DNA of 40,851 nucleotides from contig JAGGZU010000124.1 of the NCBI GenBank assembly GCA_021161865.1, positions 1 through 40,851 of the forward strand, read 5' to 3'. This DNA comes from Thermoplasmata archaeon (GTDB lineage: Archaea; Thermoplasmatota; E2; DHVEG-1; B18-G2). Shown piece by piece: positions 24,322 through 32,853 of this stretch. A program made the position numbers and the translations under genes. Below the pieces are notes generated by a model. It saw nothing but the letters and a program-made list of their open reading frames with translations. It was not told the origin of the DNA and ran no database searches. Within the stretch, counting starts at the first letter, position 1; the number at the start of each line of letters is the position of its first letter.

Positions 24322-25775
24322 AACCTCTCGACAGACTTCAAAAGATTCCTATTAGAATCATAAACGTCAACCTTCAAAGCCAAACCACCAGGTAAAGTAT
24401 GAGATGCACAAGCGAAACACGGGTCATAAGCACGGAAAGCCATCTCAACCTTATTCAACAAACCATCACTAACCACACCCTTCTTTATCACACCCTTTGC
24501 TGCATCCCTAATCGACATGTTTATGGCACCAGCGTTGTTTGTTGTAGCAACAATCAAGTTAGCCTTCTCCACAAGCCCATCCTTATCAAGTTTATAATGG
24601 TGTATCAACGTACCACGTGCTGCTTCAACCACACCCACCCCTTCACCGGGTTCACCAACAGGATTCCTAATCTTACTAGAAGTTATCTCCGGATCCTTAA
24701 CCAACTCCAATGCTCTCTCAGACGCATACAACAACTCTATCAACCTAGCCCAATGAAAAGCAAGCGTAGAATTAACAGGTTTACCACCAAGGGTTTCATA
24801 AAAACGTTTATACTCCTTATCCGCAAGAGGAGTAGCCATACCCTCTGCAGCATTAAGCCTACCCAACGGCCCAACCCTGTAAATACCACTACTTTTTCCA
24901 TCAGTAAAACCCTTCCAACCAACTTTCTTAAGGTATGGAAACTTCACGTAACTCCATTCCTCAACATGCTCCGCAACATGCTCACCATACTCCCTGCCAC
25001 TAAACTTTAAAAACTCTTCACCGTTTTGATCAGTAACCCTGGTCATACCATCATAAAAGTTAACTCTGTTTTTTTCATCAACCAAACCCATGTTATACGT
25101 TTTAAGAGTAAAAGGATCACTGAGAATCATGTCCACATAACTCTTATTGTTCAACACTATCTCATCAAAAAGTTTCAAAGAAAACTTTGCGAAATCAACG
25201 CATGACTCAACCATCCTTTCGATTTCTCTACGTTCCTCCTCTGAAATAGGTTTAGAGACTCCACCAGGTAAACCACACACAGGATGAGTCGCCTTACCAC
25301 CGATTATAGCCGTAATCTTCTGCCCATAAGCACGATGTTTAATAACCTCCTTACCAACCTCCACTCCAGCTTTCTCAATAACCCCAAAAATATTCCTCTT
25401 CTCAGGTGGAGCCTCAGGTCCAACAACAAAATCCGGTCCACCAAGGAAATAAAAATGAAGAATATGATCATATATTATATAACCACAATACATGAGTTCC
25501 CTAATCTTTTTAGCAGCAGAAGACGGCTCAACATTGAAAGCATCATCCAAAGCCTTTGTTGAAGCCATATGATGAGCCACAGGACAAACACCGCAAATCC
25601 TAGATGTTATCTGCGGCATATCCTCAGCACGTCTACCCTGACAAAACCTTTCAAAACCTCTGAGCTCAGGAATCTGCAAATAAGCGTTCTCCACATTACC
25701 CTGATCATCAAGGAAAATACTGATCTTACCATGTCCCTCCAACCTAGTTATAGGATCAATCACAACAGTCTTCAT
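24318..25775 (-). CDS. mvhA: F420-non-reducing [NiFe]-hydrogenase large subunit (group 3c, MvhA-type)
   Basis: It has RLEGHG, the L1 motif RICGVCPVAHHMAS and the L2 motif DPCFACASH, followed by a C-terminal extension that is the protease substrate. Confidence 0.9.
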   Translation of the reverse strand: MKTVVIDPITRLEGHGKISIFLDDQGNVENAYLQIPELRGFERFCQGRRAEDMPQITSRICGVCPVAHHMASTKALDDAFNVEPSSAAKKIRELMYCGYIIYDHILHFYFLGGPDFVVGPEAPPEKRNIFGVIEKAGVEVGKEVIKHRAYGQKITAIIGGKATHPVCGLPGGVSKPISEEERREIERMVESCVDFAKFSLKLFDEIVLNNKSYVDMILSDPFTLKTYNMGLVDEKNRVNFYDGMTRVTDQNGEEFLKFSGREYGEHVAEHVEEWSYVKFPYLKKVGWKGFTDGKSSGIYRVGPLGRLNAAEGMATPLADKEYKRFYETLGGKPVNSTLAFHWARLIELLYASERALELVKDPEITSSKIRNPVGEPGEGVGVVEAARGTLIHHYKLDKDGLVEKANLIVATTNNAGAINMSIRDAAKGVIKKGVVSDGLLNKVEMAFRAYDPCFACASHTLPGGLALKVDVYDSNRNLLKSVERL

Positions 25776-26764
25776 TTTTTAATCACCCTCCTATTTATCA
25801 GAGAACGAGGCAGAGTATACCGGTAAAAGGTTCCAAGCGGGTCCTTAACCTGATCAACAAGTTTCCTAATCTCCTCTTCACTCATATTCTCCTCATTCTC
25901 CACGCCAAGCACAGAAGCAAGAGCAGAAAGCATTTTCGCACCTTGATCAAAAGAGTTAGGTGTAGGTCCACCGCAACCTGTACAAGGCATGTTAGCGTCT
26001 AAACACGCTGCTCCGCAGCCTCCCCGAGTAGCAGGACCCATACAAATTATCCCTTGTTCAAGAAGACAAACGTTTGGGTCAACATTTTCAACCTCATAAA
26101 CCCGTTTAATCTCCTTGATTTTTTTCTCCGACCTCTCCCTAGGGCATTCGTCACAAACTGATTTCAAAGGAGCAAGAACACTACCCTTAGGCGGCAACTT
26201 GTTTTCCACTATAGCATCAATGGCTTGAGAAATCAGTTTCGTCGGCGGAGGACAACCAGGAATATAATAATCAACATCAACAACCTGATCAAGGGTTTTC
26301 ACAGTATCATAAAACTCCGGTAAAGTAAGCTCACCCTCACTAACCCTTGTTTTAGTTTTAGGCGTAACCTTACCAGGGTTATCAGTAGAAGGATTATCAA
26401 CGTAAGCAACATCAAAGATCTCCTCACGGTTTGAAACATTCGCTAAACCAGGTATACAACCATCAGCTGCACATGAACCAAAAGCAACAAGTATCTTAGC
26501 TTTTTTCCTAAGAAGTTTAGCCATATGCTCGTTTTCCGATGTTCTAATTGCTCCATTGAAAAAACAAACGTCAAGGCTTTCATCATCCATAGCCTCAACA
26601 TCACTATATTTCGTGTCCATCGCAACCGGCCAAAAAAGTATGTCAACATGCTCAACAACCTCAAGGATTTTCTCGTTGATATCCAAAACAGCTATCTCAC
26701 AGCCTCCGCAGCTTGCAGCCCAATAAAAGGCAAACTTTAACTTACCCTTATTTTCACTGCTCAT
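25772..26764 (-). CDS. mvhG: F420-non-reducing hydrogenase small subunit (MvhG-type)
   Basis: It has YWAASCGGCEIAVLD, GSCAADGCIPG, and distal cluster cysteines (CPRE, CMGPATRGGCGAAC, CTGCGGP). Confidence 0.85.
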   Translation of the reverse strand: MSSENKGKLKFAFYWAASCGGCEIAVLDINEKILEVVEHVDILFWPVAMDTKYSDVEAMDDESLDVCFFNGAIRTSENEHMAKLLRKKAKILVAFGSCAADGCIPGLANVSNREEIFDVAYVDNPSTDNPGKVTPKTKTRVSEGELTLPEFYDTVKTLDQVVDVDYYIPGCPPPTKLISQAIDAIVENKLPPKGSVLAPLKSVCDECPRERSEKKIKEIKRVYEVENVDPNVCLLEQGIICMGPATRGGCGAACLDANMPCTGCGGPTPNSFDQGAKMLSALASVLGVENEENMSEEEIRKLVDQVKDPLGTFYRYTLPRSLINRRVIKK

Positions 26765-27177
26765 TGTTCACCCCTCAAAGGATTCGGACCAATCTCCTTT
26801 ATTTCTTCAACAAACTCCTTCACCACGTTAGCAAACTTTTGTCCCTCAGAAGCAGAAACATACTCAAACCTCACCCTCCGAGGATTTATATTAAGCTGCT
26901 GAAGCAACTCCTTAAGCAAAATAACCCTTCTGTTAGCCTTGTAATTACCAGACTGATAATGACAGTCACCAGGGTGACAACCAGCTATAAGCACACCATC
27001 AGCCCCTTTTTTCAACGCTTCAAGCACAAAAACAGGGTCAACCCTCCCAGAGCACATGACCCTAATTGGTTTAACATTAGCAGGATAAATGAGTCTACTT
27101 GTACCAGCGAGATCAGCGCCAGCATAAGCACACCAGTTGCATAAAAAAGCAACAATATTTGGTTCAAAATCGCTCAT
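26761..27177 (-). CDS. mvhD: Methyl-viologen-reducing hydrogenase delta subunit (MvhD, [2Fe-2S])
   Basis: AFLCNWCAYAGADLAG...VMCSGRVDP...GADGVLIAGCHPGDCHY is the MvhD/FlpD signature. Confidence 0.9.
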   Translation of the reverse strand: MSDFEPNIVAFLCNWCAYAGADLAGTSRLIYPANVKPIRVMCSGRVDPVFVLEALKKGADGVLIAGCHPGDCHYQSGNYKANRRVILLKELLQQLNINPRRVRFEYVSASEGQKFANVVKEFVEEIKEIGPNPLRGEQ

Positions 27178-29150
27178 GCTTCACCTCCCAACACATCAAC
27201 CACCGCCAGAATCTGATCGTCCTTGAACCCCTTCTGCTGCATAGCTCCAGATGGACAAGCAGCGACACAACTACCGCATCCCTTACAAAGTGCTTCAACA
27301 ACCCTTGCAACATACTTATTATCCTCTTTTTTCATCAGTTCTATAGCGTTGAAACTACAAACAGAAACACAAGTAGCGCAACCTGAACAAAAATCCTCAT
27401 CAACAAAAGCTATAAGCGGTTCAGCCTCCAACTCCTCCTTAGACAGTATGTTAGCCGCGCGAGATGCTGCTCCACTCGCCTGAGCAACACTATCCTGAAT
27501 ATCCTTAGGACCCTGACAGCAACCAGCTATAAAAATACCATCTGTGAAAGTATCCATTGGTTTAAGCTTAGGATGAGCCTCCAAAAAGAAACCATCGGCA
27601 CCTCTTGACACATGCAGAATCTTACCAAGGTCGGAAGAGTCATTCCTTGGAACAACCGCTGGAACCAAAACAACCAAATCCGTTTTAATCTCAAAAAGCT
27701 TGTTCGTCATCGTATCAAAAACATCAATAGTTAAACCATCCTTCTTCTCTTTCACCTCAGATGGGCGACCTCTGAAAAAGTTTGTTTTAACACCTCTTAT
27801 CCGCCTGTAAAACTCCTCATACCTTTTACCAAAAGAACGAATATCTGTGTAACAAATATTAATCTCAACATCATCACCAAGATGCTCCCTCAAAAGATAA
27901 GCCTGCTTCAAAGCAGTCATACAACCAACACGGCAACACCACGTGCAAACGGTTTCGTCACGTGAACCAACACAAAGAACAAAGGTTACACTCCCCGGCT
28001 TCCTTTGATCAGAGGGACAAACTATTTCACCACCGGTTGGACCAGAAGAACTAATAAGCCTTTCAAGCTCAAGAGTCGTTATAACATCCTTATAACGAGA
28101 ATAACCATACTCGTACAAAGCAGAGGGATCCAGCAGATCATAACCTGTTGCAACCACTATAACTCCAACCTCAAACTCCACCAACTCCTCCCTCTGAGTG
28201 AAATCAATAGCTTCTGCTTCACAAACATCCTGACACGCTGGCGACCTACCACATTTACCGTACCTGAGAAACAAACACTGTTCAGGGTCAATCGTAGCCT
28301 TCAAAGGGATAGCTTGAGGAAATGGTATATAAACAGCACCCCTCTTACCCAGGTTCATGTTGAACTCATCCGGAACCTTACCCTTCATCCTGCAAACATT
28401 AACGCAATCACCGCAACCGGTGCATTTATCAAAATCAACGTACCTTGGTTTCCTAACAACCTTAACCCTGTAGTTTCCAATGCTTCCATCAACACTAACC
28501 ACCTCAGAATAAGCAAATAACTCAATGTTTGGATGATTCTTCACATCCATCATCTTAGGAGTGAGTATACAAGAAGCGCAGTCCAAAGTTGGAAACGTTT
28601 TGTCAAGCTGAGCCATCCTACCCCCTATACTCGGCTCCTTCTCAACAAGATAAACATGGAAACCCTTCTCAGAGAGATCAAGAGACGCCTGAATACCAGC
28701 TATACCACCACCAACAACCAAAGCCTTAGGTGTAACCTTAACCTTCTCCCTAACTAATGGTTCAAGTAGTCTAACCTTCGCAACCGCACCCTTAACAAGC
28801 AACTTAGCTTTCTCCGTAGCCTCCTTTCTATCCGGGTGAACCCATGAACACTGCTCCCTGATGTTAGCGATTTCAAGAACAAAAGGATTTAAACCAGCCT
28901 CCTCAACAACCCTCCTAAAAGTATGCTCATGCATCTGCGGAGAACAACTTGCTACCACAACACCATCCAGTTTAAACTTTTTAATAGACTCCTTGATAAG
29001 GTTTGCACCATTATCGGAACACATGTACTTGTAGCTTTTACTAACCACAACACCATCGAGTTTACCCGCGAAATCAACAACCTCGTCAACGTCAACAGTT
29101 GCAGCAATGTTAACACCACAATGACAAACAAACACACCAATCCTATCCAT
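27174..29150 (-). CDS. hdrA: Heterodisulfide reductase subunit A (FAD, multiple [4Fe-4S]), set 1
   Basis: It has VFVCHCGVNIA, the FAD fingerprint VVGGGIAGIQASLDL, inserted and C-terminal ferredoxin motifs (CTGCGDCVNVC, CSGCATCVSVC, CKGCGSCVAACP), and no in-frame TGA. Confidence 0.9.
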   Translation of the reverse strand: MDRIGVFVCHCGVNIAATVDVDEVVDFAGKLDGVVVSKSYKYMCSDNGANLIKESIKKFKLDGVVVASCSPQMHEHTFRRVVEEAGLNPFVLEIANIREQCSWVHPDRKEATEKAKLLVKGAVAKVRLLEPLVREKVKVTPKALVVGGGIAGIQASLDLSEKGFHVYLVEKEPSIGGRMAQLDKTFPTLDCASCILTPKMMDVKNHPNIELFAYSEVVSVDGSIGNYRVKVVRKPRYVDFDKCTGCGDCVNVCRMKGKVPDEFNMNLGKRGAVYIPFPQAIPLKATIDPEQCLFLRYGKCGRSPACQDVCEAEAIDFTQREELVEFEVGVIVVATGYDLLDPSALYEYGYSRYKDVITTLELERLISSSGPTGGEIVCPSDQRKPGSVTFVLCVGSRDETVCTWCCRVGCMTALKQAYLLREHLGDDVEINICYTDIRSFGKRYEEFYRRIRGVKTNFFRGRPSEVKEKKDGLTIDVFDTMTNKLFEIKTDLVVLVPAVVPRNDSSDLGKILHVSRGADGFFLEAHPKLKPMDTFTDGIFIAGCCQGPKDIQDSVAQASGAASRAANILSKEELEAEPLIAFVDEDFCSGCATCVSVCSFNAIELMKKEDNKYVARVVEALCKGCGSCVAACPSGAMQQKGFKDDQILAVVDVLGGEA

Positions 29151-29167
29151 TCACGCTTCCTCCACTT

Positions 29168-30031
29168 TCAAACCTTCAACTTATCCACAGGGCTGAGATT
29201 CAAATCCAAACCAAGCTTCCTCTCATCCAAACCAAAAGCTAAACCAAGCAGCTGAGTAAGATAAAACACAGGAACCTCCAGTTTAGCAGCAACAGTTTCA
29301 CCAGCCTTCTTCTGCCTTGAATCAAACATCCTCTGACACCATGGACAAACCGTCACCAAACCATCAAAACCATGCTCCTCAACAGCCTGGAGTTTCTGAC
29401 CGGTTTTCGTTAAAGCAGACTCAGGCAGATTAACCAACAACAAACCACCGCAACAATCGAGTTTCTCAGCATAATCCATTGTTTCAGCACCCAAAGCCTC
29501 AAGAACCGCCTCAATCTTCATGGGGTTCTCAGAATCAACAGGTCTACCAATCTCACTTGGTCTAACCAGATGACAACCATAATGTGACGCAATCTTCAAA
29601 CCCTTCAAAGGCTTCTTCACATGTTTTTTAATCTCCTTAACACCAACATGATCATACAATAAATCAACAGTGTGAACAACACCAACTTTACCCTTATACT
29701 CCAGGTCTTCGGAAGCAAGCATCTCGTTAACCCTGCTCCTCATCCCTCCATCGTTGTCTAAAATGTTTTTACATTCACTTAAAGCAAAATGACACACACT
29801 GCAGGGAACAAAAAGATCAAAACCCTGCTGTTCAGCGATCGCAAGATTCCTTGCAGAAAGATACAAAGTCAAAAGCTGATTAATACTTTTCACAGGTTCA
29901 CCGCAACAAGAAAAGTTTTCCACATCAACCAGCTCAACGCCCAACACTGGGAAAACCTCCCTAATAGAAAGCTCGTAACCATACTGCTCCGTCTGCATCA
30001 CACAACCCGGGTACAGAGTATATTTTTTCAT
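29168..30031 (-). CDS. hdrB: Heterodisulfide reductase subunit B with two complete CCG motifs, set 1
   Basis: Motif 1 is PGC...SCCGEP...VPCSVCH. Motif 2 is HYGCH...DCCGG...VCPWCQ. Both fit CXnCCXnCXXC. Confidence 0.9.
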   Translation of the reverse strand: MKKYTLYPGCVMQTEQYGYELSIREVFPVLGVELVDVENFSCCGEPVKSINQLLTLYLSARNLAIAEQQGFDLFVPCSVCHFALSECKNILDNDGGMRSRVNEMLASEDLEYKGKVGVVHTVDLLYDHVGVKEIKKHVKKPLKGLKIASHYGCHLVRPSEIGRPVDSENPMKIEAVLEALGAETMDYAEKLDCCGGLLLVNLPESALTKTGQKLQAVEEHGFDGLVTVCPWCQRMFDSRQKKAGETVAAKLEVPVFYLTQLLGLAFGLDERKLGLDLNLSPVDKLKV

Positions 30032-30043
30032 CTAAACTTCCCC

Positions 30044-30571
30044 TTACACCTTCTCAACAGCCAGTTTAGTCAAAACCATCTGAAACTTAGAAGCATCCTT
30101 TGGTTTAGAAACCCTTGGTAAACCAAGATCTTCTCTCCTCCTCGTTTTCATATCCCGTGTCTGTACCTCCTGAACATCCTGAATCAAACCCATTGACAAA
30201 ATCGACTGAAGCATACTAGTGTAGTTACCAGGAATCTGCTTACCTCCCATAACAGCCAGGTTTTTCAAAGCAAACAAAACATCAACAGGTGAAACCTTCT
30301 GCGGGCAACGTTCCCTGCATTTAAAACAACTCATACAAGTCCAAATAACATCAGAGTTAACCATCTCATCAATCAAACCACGTTTAAGCAAAGCCATAAT
30401 CTTATGAGGCTCAAGCTCAAGAAGCTTATGAGCCTCACAACCAGAAGTACACTTAGCACACTGAAAACAGTAATCAGACAACTCATTCTGAAGCCTCAAC
30501 AACCTATTGTTTATCTCCTCCCTCAACTCAACCTGAGCTTCAGCCATGGACGTCAAATCCTTTATGCTCAT
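30044..30571 (-). CDS. hdrC: Heterodisulfide reductase subunit C (2x[4Fe-4S]), set 1
   Basis: It has CFQCAKCTSGCEA and CMSCFKCRERCPQ. I chose the ATG at 30571, since the track start at 30583 is TTG. Confidence 0.85.
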   Translation of the reverse strand: MSIKDLTSMAEAQVELREEINNRLLRLQNELSDYCFQCAKCTSGCEAHKLLELEPHKIMALLKRGLIDEMVNSDVIWTCMSCFKCRERCPQKVSPVDVLFALKNLAVMGGKQIPGNYTSMLQSILSMGLIQDVQEVQTRDMKTRRREDLGLPRVSKPKDASKFQMVLTKLAVEKV

Positions 30572-30633
30572 GATACCACCCAAAGGGGTTTTTAACAGGT
30601 TTGCTTAAGTACGGTGTTCTCCCATTTATCACA

Positions 30634-30652
30634 AAGTTAACTTTGTTAACTT
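30634..30652. promoter_or_regulatory. Inverted repeat AAGTTAAC-TTT-GTTAACTT in the hdrC (set 1) promoter/leader
   Basis: The 8-bp arms are perfect. The repeat lies about 25-45 nt downstream of a minus-strand TTTTATATA box (30678-30686) and about 65 nt upstream of the hdrC ATG. Confidence 0.35.
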
Positions 30653-30979
30653 CGCATTTTCCCAAATCACATATTCCTATATAAAACATGCTAATCTGTA
30701 GAACCTGCCAAGATAACTGCTAACACATTTTTTTTTGCATACCAAAGCATACATAAGTTGACTCTACACAAAACACAGCATCATAAACTCTGGACTCATC
30801 TACCACACAGATGTTTAAAAAGAATTTCTACATAGCATATAAAAGAGTTTCAAGTATCCCACATAGCGATCAGCTAGACATAATCCATGGGCCCTAAAGC
30901 ATGCAGCAGACACCCAAAAATAAAAAGGTGGTACACCATACCAATTACAATACCAGAATTTTCCTAGGACAGGGATAAT

Positions 30980-31452
30980 ATGATGGAATTAAAAAACGAG
31001 TTTATCATGCCACCTACCAAGCTTGGTTACTCCACAGGGGACGGCAAAGTTACAGATAGACATATAAACTTCTATAAAGTTAGAAGTAAACATCTTGGTG
31101 CTATCGCTATCGAACCAATGTATCTAGATAAGGGTTTAAGGGAAATACCCAACCAACTTGGTATAGACAACGATGACAAAATCAAAGGTTTAAAAAACTT
31201 GTTTATGCTGTACATGAAACAGATACAAAGGTTACAAAAATAGATGGTGACAAAATCTATATAGCTGGTAGAGAAAAAGGTGTTTTAGAAGGTGTAAATC
31301 ATATAATAATAGCCACCGGTATGAAAAGTTATAACCCTTTAGAGGAGAAACTTAGAGGTAAACTACCAGTATACGTAATAGGGGATGCCAAACAGGTTGG
31401 TAAAGCAAAGGATGCTATTGAAAGTGCCTTTGATTTAGCAAGTAAACTTTAA
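30980..31452 (+). pseudogene. Decayed NADH:flavin oxidoreductase (Old Yellow Enzyme / 2,4-dienoyl-CoA reductase-type) remnant: N-terminal about 80 codons, a frameshift, then an internal deletion joining to the extreme C-terminus
   Basis: Frame 1 gives MMELKNEFIMPPTKLGYS...HINFYKVRSKHLGAIAIEPMYLD...DDKIKGLKN. After the A6 run (31192-31197) the homologous reading continues in another frame as KKLVYAVHETDTKV. It then runs into ...HIIIATGMKSYNPL...PVYVIGDAKQVGKAKDAIESAFDLASKL, a typical C-terminus of the FAD/NAD domain. Confidence 0.65.
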
Positions 31453-32312
31453 ATTAACCTATCTACGGGACTTAGATTAAGGTTTAAACCCAACCTATCT
31501 GGATTTCTACCCACCGCCAGTCCCACAAGCTGTGTCAAATAGAACACCGGTACATCCAGTTTCTCCCCAATTGTACTCCCTGCCTTCTCTTGTTTCCCAT
31601 CCAAAAGTCTACCACCATAAGGACAAACGATAGCTAGTGCATCAAACCCTCTATCCTTAACCGCCTTCAGTTTCTCCCCGGTTTTTGTAAGAGCAGCCTC
31701 CTTATGAGTAACCATCAATGGTGCACCACAACAGTTCAGTTTCTCAGAGTAATTCCACGTCTCGCCACCAATAGCCTTTATAATCTCCTCCATCTTACTT
31801 GGATGCTCCGCAGCATCCGGTCTACCCGCCTCAGTATATCTAATGGTGTGACAACCATAATGGCAGGCTATCTTCCATTTAACAGGGTTACTAACCTTCT
31901 CCTTTATCCTCTCCACCCCAATTACATCATGCAACAGATCAACTGTGTGATAAATCTCTAAATCACCTCTGTACTCCAAGCCCTCATTTTCCTTCAGTTT
32001 TTTAACAATCTTCTCCCTAAGTTCCTTAGAGTTGTTGAGACGATTTTTTGTCTCAACTAAAGATAAATGACCCAAGGCGCAGGGAACAAACATATCCAAA
32101 CCCTTTTCCTCACATACCGCTATATTCCTAGCAGAAAGATACATCTGCATCAACAGATTAACGCTTCTCAAAGGCGCTCCGCAACAAGAGGTATTTTCCA
32201 AATCAACCAGTTCCACACCAAGATCAGGCAAAACCTCCCTAATGCTCATCTCATAAGCATACTGCTCTGCGGACATCACGCATCCAGGATAAAAACCAAG
32301 TTTTCTAATCAT
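31449..32312 (-). CDS. HdrB-like subunit with degenerate CCG motifs (terminal Cys of both motifs replaced by Gly), set 2
   Basis: It is a collinear 287-aa paralog of hdrB set 1. It has SCCGAP...VPCALGH and NCCGAP...VCPYGGR. I trimmed the track ORF (32522) to the ATG at 32312, because the extension overlaps hdrC2. Confidence 0.85.
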   Translation of the reverse strand: MIRKLGFYPGCVMSAEQYAYEMSIREVLPDLGVELVDLENTSCCGAPLRSVNLLMQMYLSARNIAVCEEKGLDMFVPCALGHLSLVETKNRLNNSKELREKIVKKLKENEGLEYRGDLEIYHTVDLLHDVIGVERIKEKVSNPVKWKIACHYGCHTIRYTEAGRPDAAEHPSKMEEIIKAIGGETWNYSEKLNCCGAPLMVTHKEAALTKTGEKLKAVKDRGFDALAIVCPYGGRLLDGKQEKAGSTIGEKLDVPVFYLTQLVGLAVGRNPDRLGLNLNLSPVDRLI

Positions 32313-32322
32313 TTTTACCGCC

Positions 32323-32853
32323 TCATAGTTTCTCCGCTGCCAGCTGAGAAAGAGCTGACATAAAACCATTAATATTCTTAGGATGGCCCCGCTTCGGTAA
32401 ACCAAGTTTCTCCCTACTCCAACCCTTATTATCCTTATCCAAAACCTCAACAGGTTCCTGTATATACCCTGTTGACAATATTCCCTGCAGCAGGTTTTGA
32501 TAATCTCCAGGTAGCGACCCACCAGACATCACGTACCAGTTTTTAAGGATAAACATCACGTCAACGGGGCTCATCTCCTGAGGACACCTTTCTTTACATT
32601 TAAAGCAGCCAACGCAAGCCCAGATTACATCAGAGTTCATCATCTCATCCAAAAAACCGGTTTTAACAGAAGCCATGACAGAATGAGGTTGAAGCTCAAG
32701 CAGTTTCATAGCCTCACAACCAGAGGTGCACTTGGCACACTGGAAACATAAACTAGGATTCTTTACACCAAGTACAGCCAACTGTCTTATAAGCTCCTTC
32801 TGTTTATCGCCCTCCGGTTTAGACATATTAAATAAATCCGTTAAACCCATCAT
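32323..32853 (-). CDS. hdrC: Heterodisulfide reductase subunit C, set 2
   Basis: It has CFQCAKCTSGCEA and CVGCFKCKERCPQ. By eye it is highly similar to set-1 HdrC. It shares an ATGA overlap with hdrA2. Confidence 0.85.
   Translation of the reverse strand: MMGLTDLFNMSKPEGDKQKELIRQLAVLGVKNPSLCFQCAKCTSGCEAMKLLELQPHSVMASVKTGFLDEMMNSDVIWACVGCFKCKERCPQEMSPVDVMFILKNWYVMSGGSLPGDYQNLLQGILSTGYIQEPVEVLDKDNKGWSREKLGLPKRGHPKNINGFMSALSQLAAEKL

Noticed and set aside
9571-30652. The idea that GTTAAC-containing palindromes (9571, 20181/20202, 23835 region, 30634) represent one shared regulon motif
   Set aside because: GTTAAC is itself a 6-bp palindrome that is expected often in A/T-rich DNA. The sites differ in arm sequence and spacing (0, 3 and 14 nt). 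One is well explained as a BirA box. I therefore treat them as separate sites.
30596-30979. A possible ncRNA (C/D box sRNA or similar) in the 384-bp non-coding gap
   Set aside because: I could not find convincing C/D (RUGAUGA/CUGA) box pairs, strong hairpins or conserved-looking structure. It is more simply explained as promoter plus decayed sequence.
32313-32522. A 70-codon N-terminal extension of the hdrB-like ORF
   Set aside because: It overlaps the hdrC2 coding region in another frame. The paralog alignment with set-1 HdrB begins exactly at the ATG at 32312.
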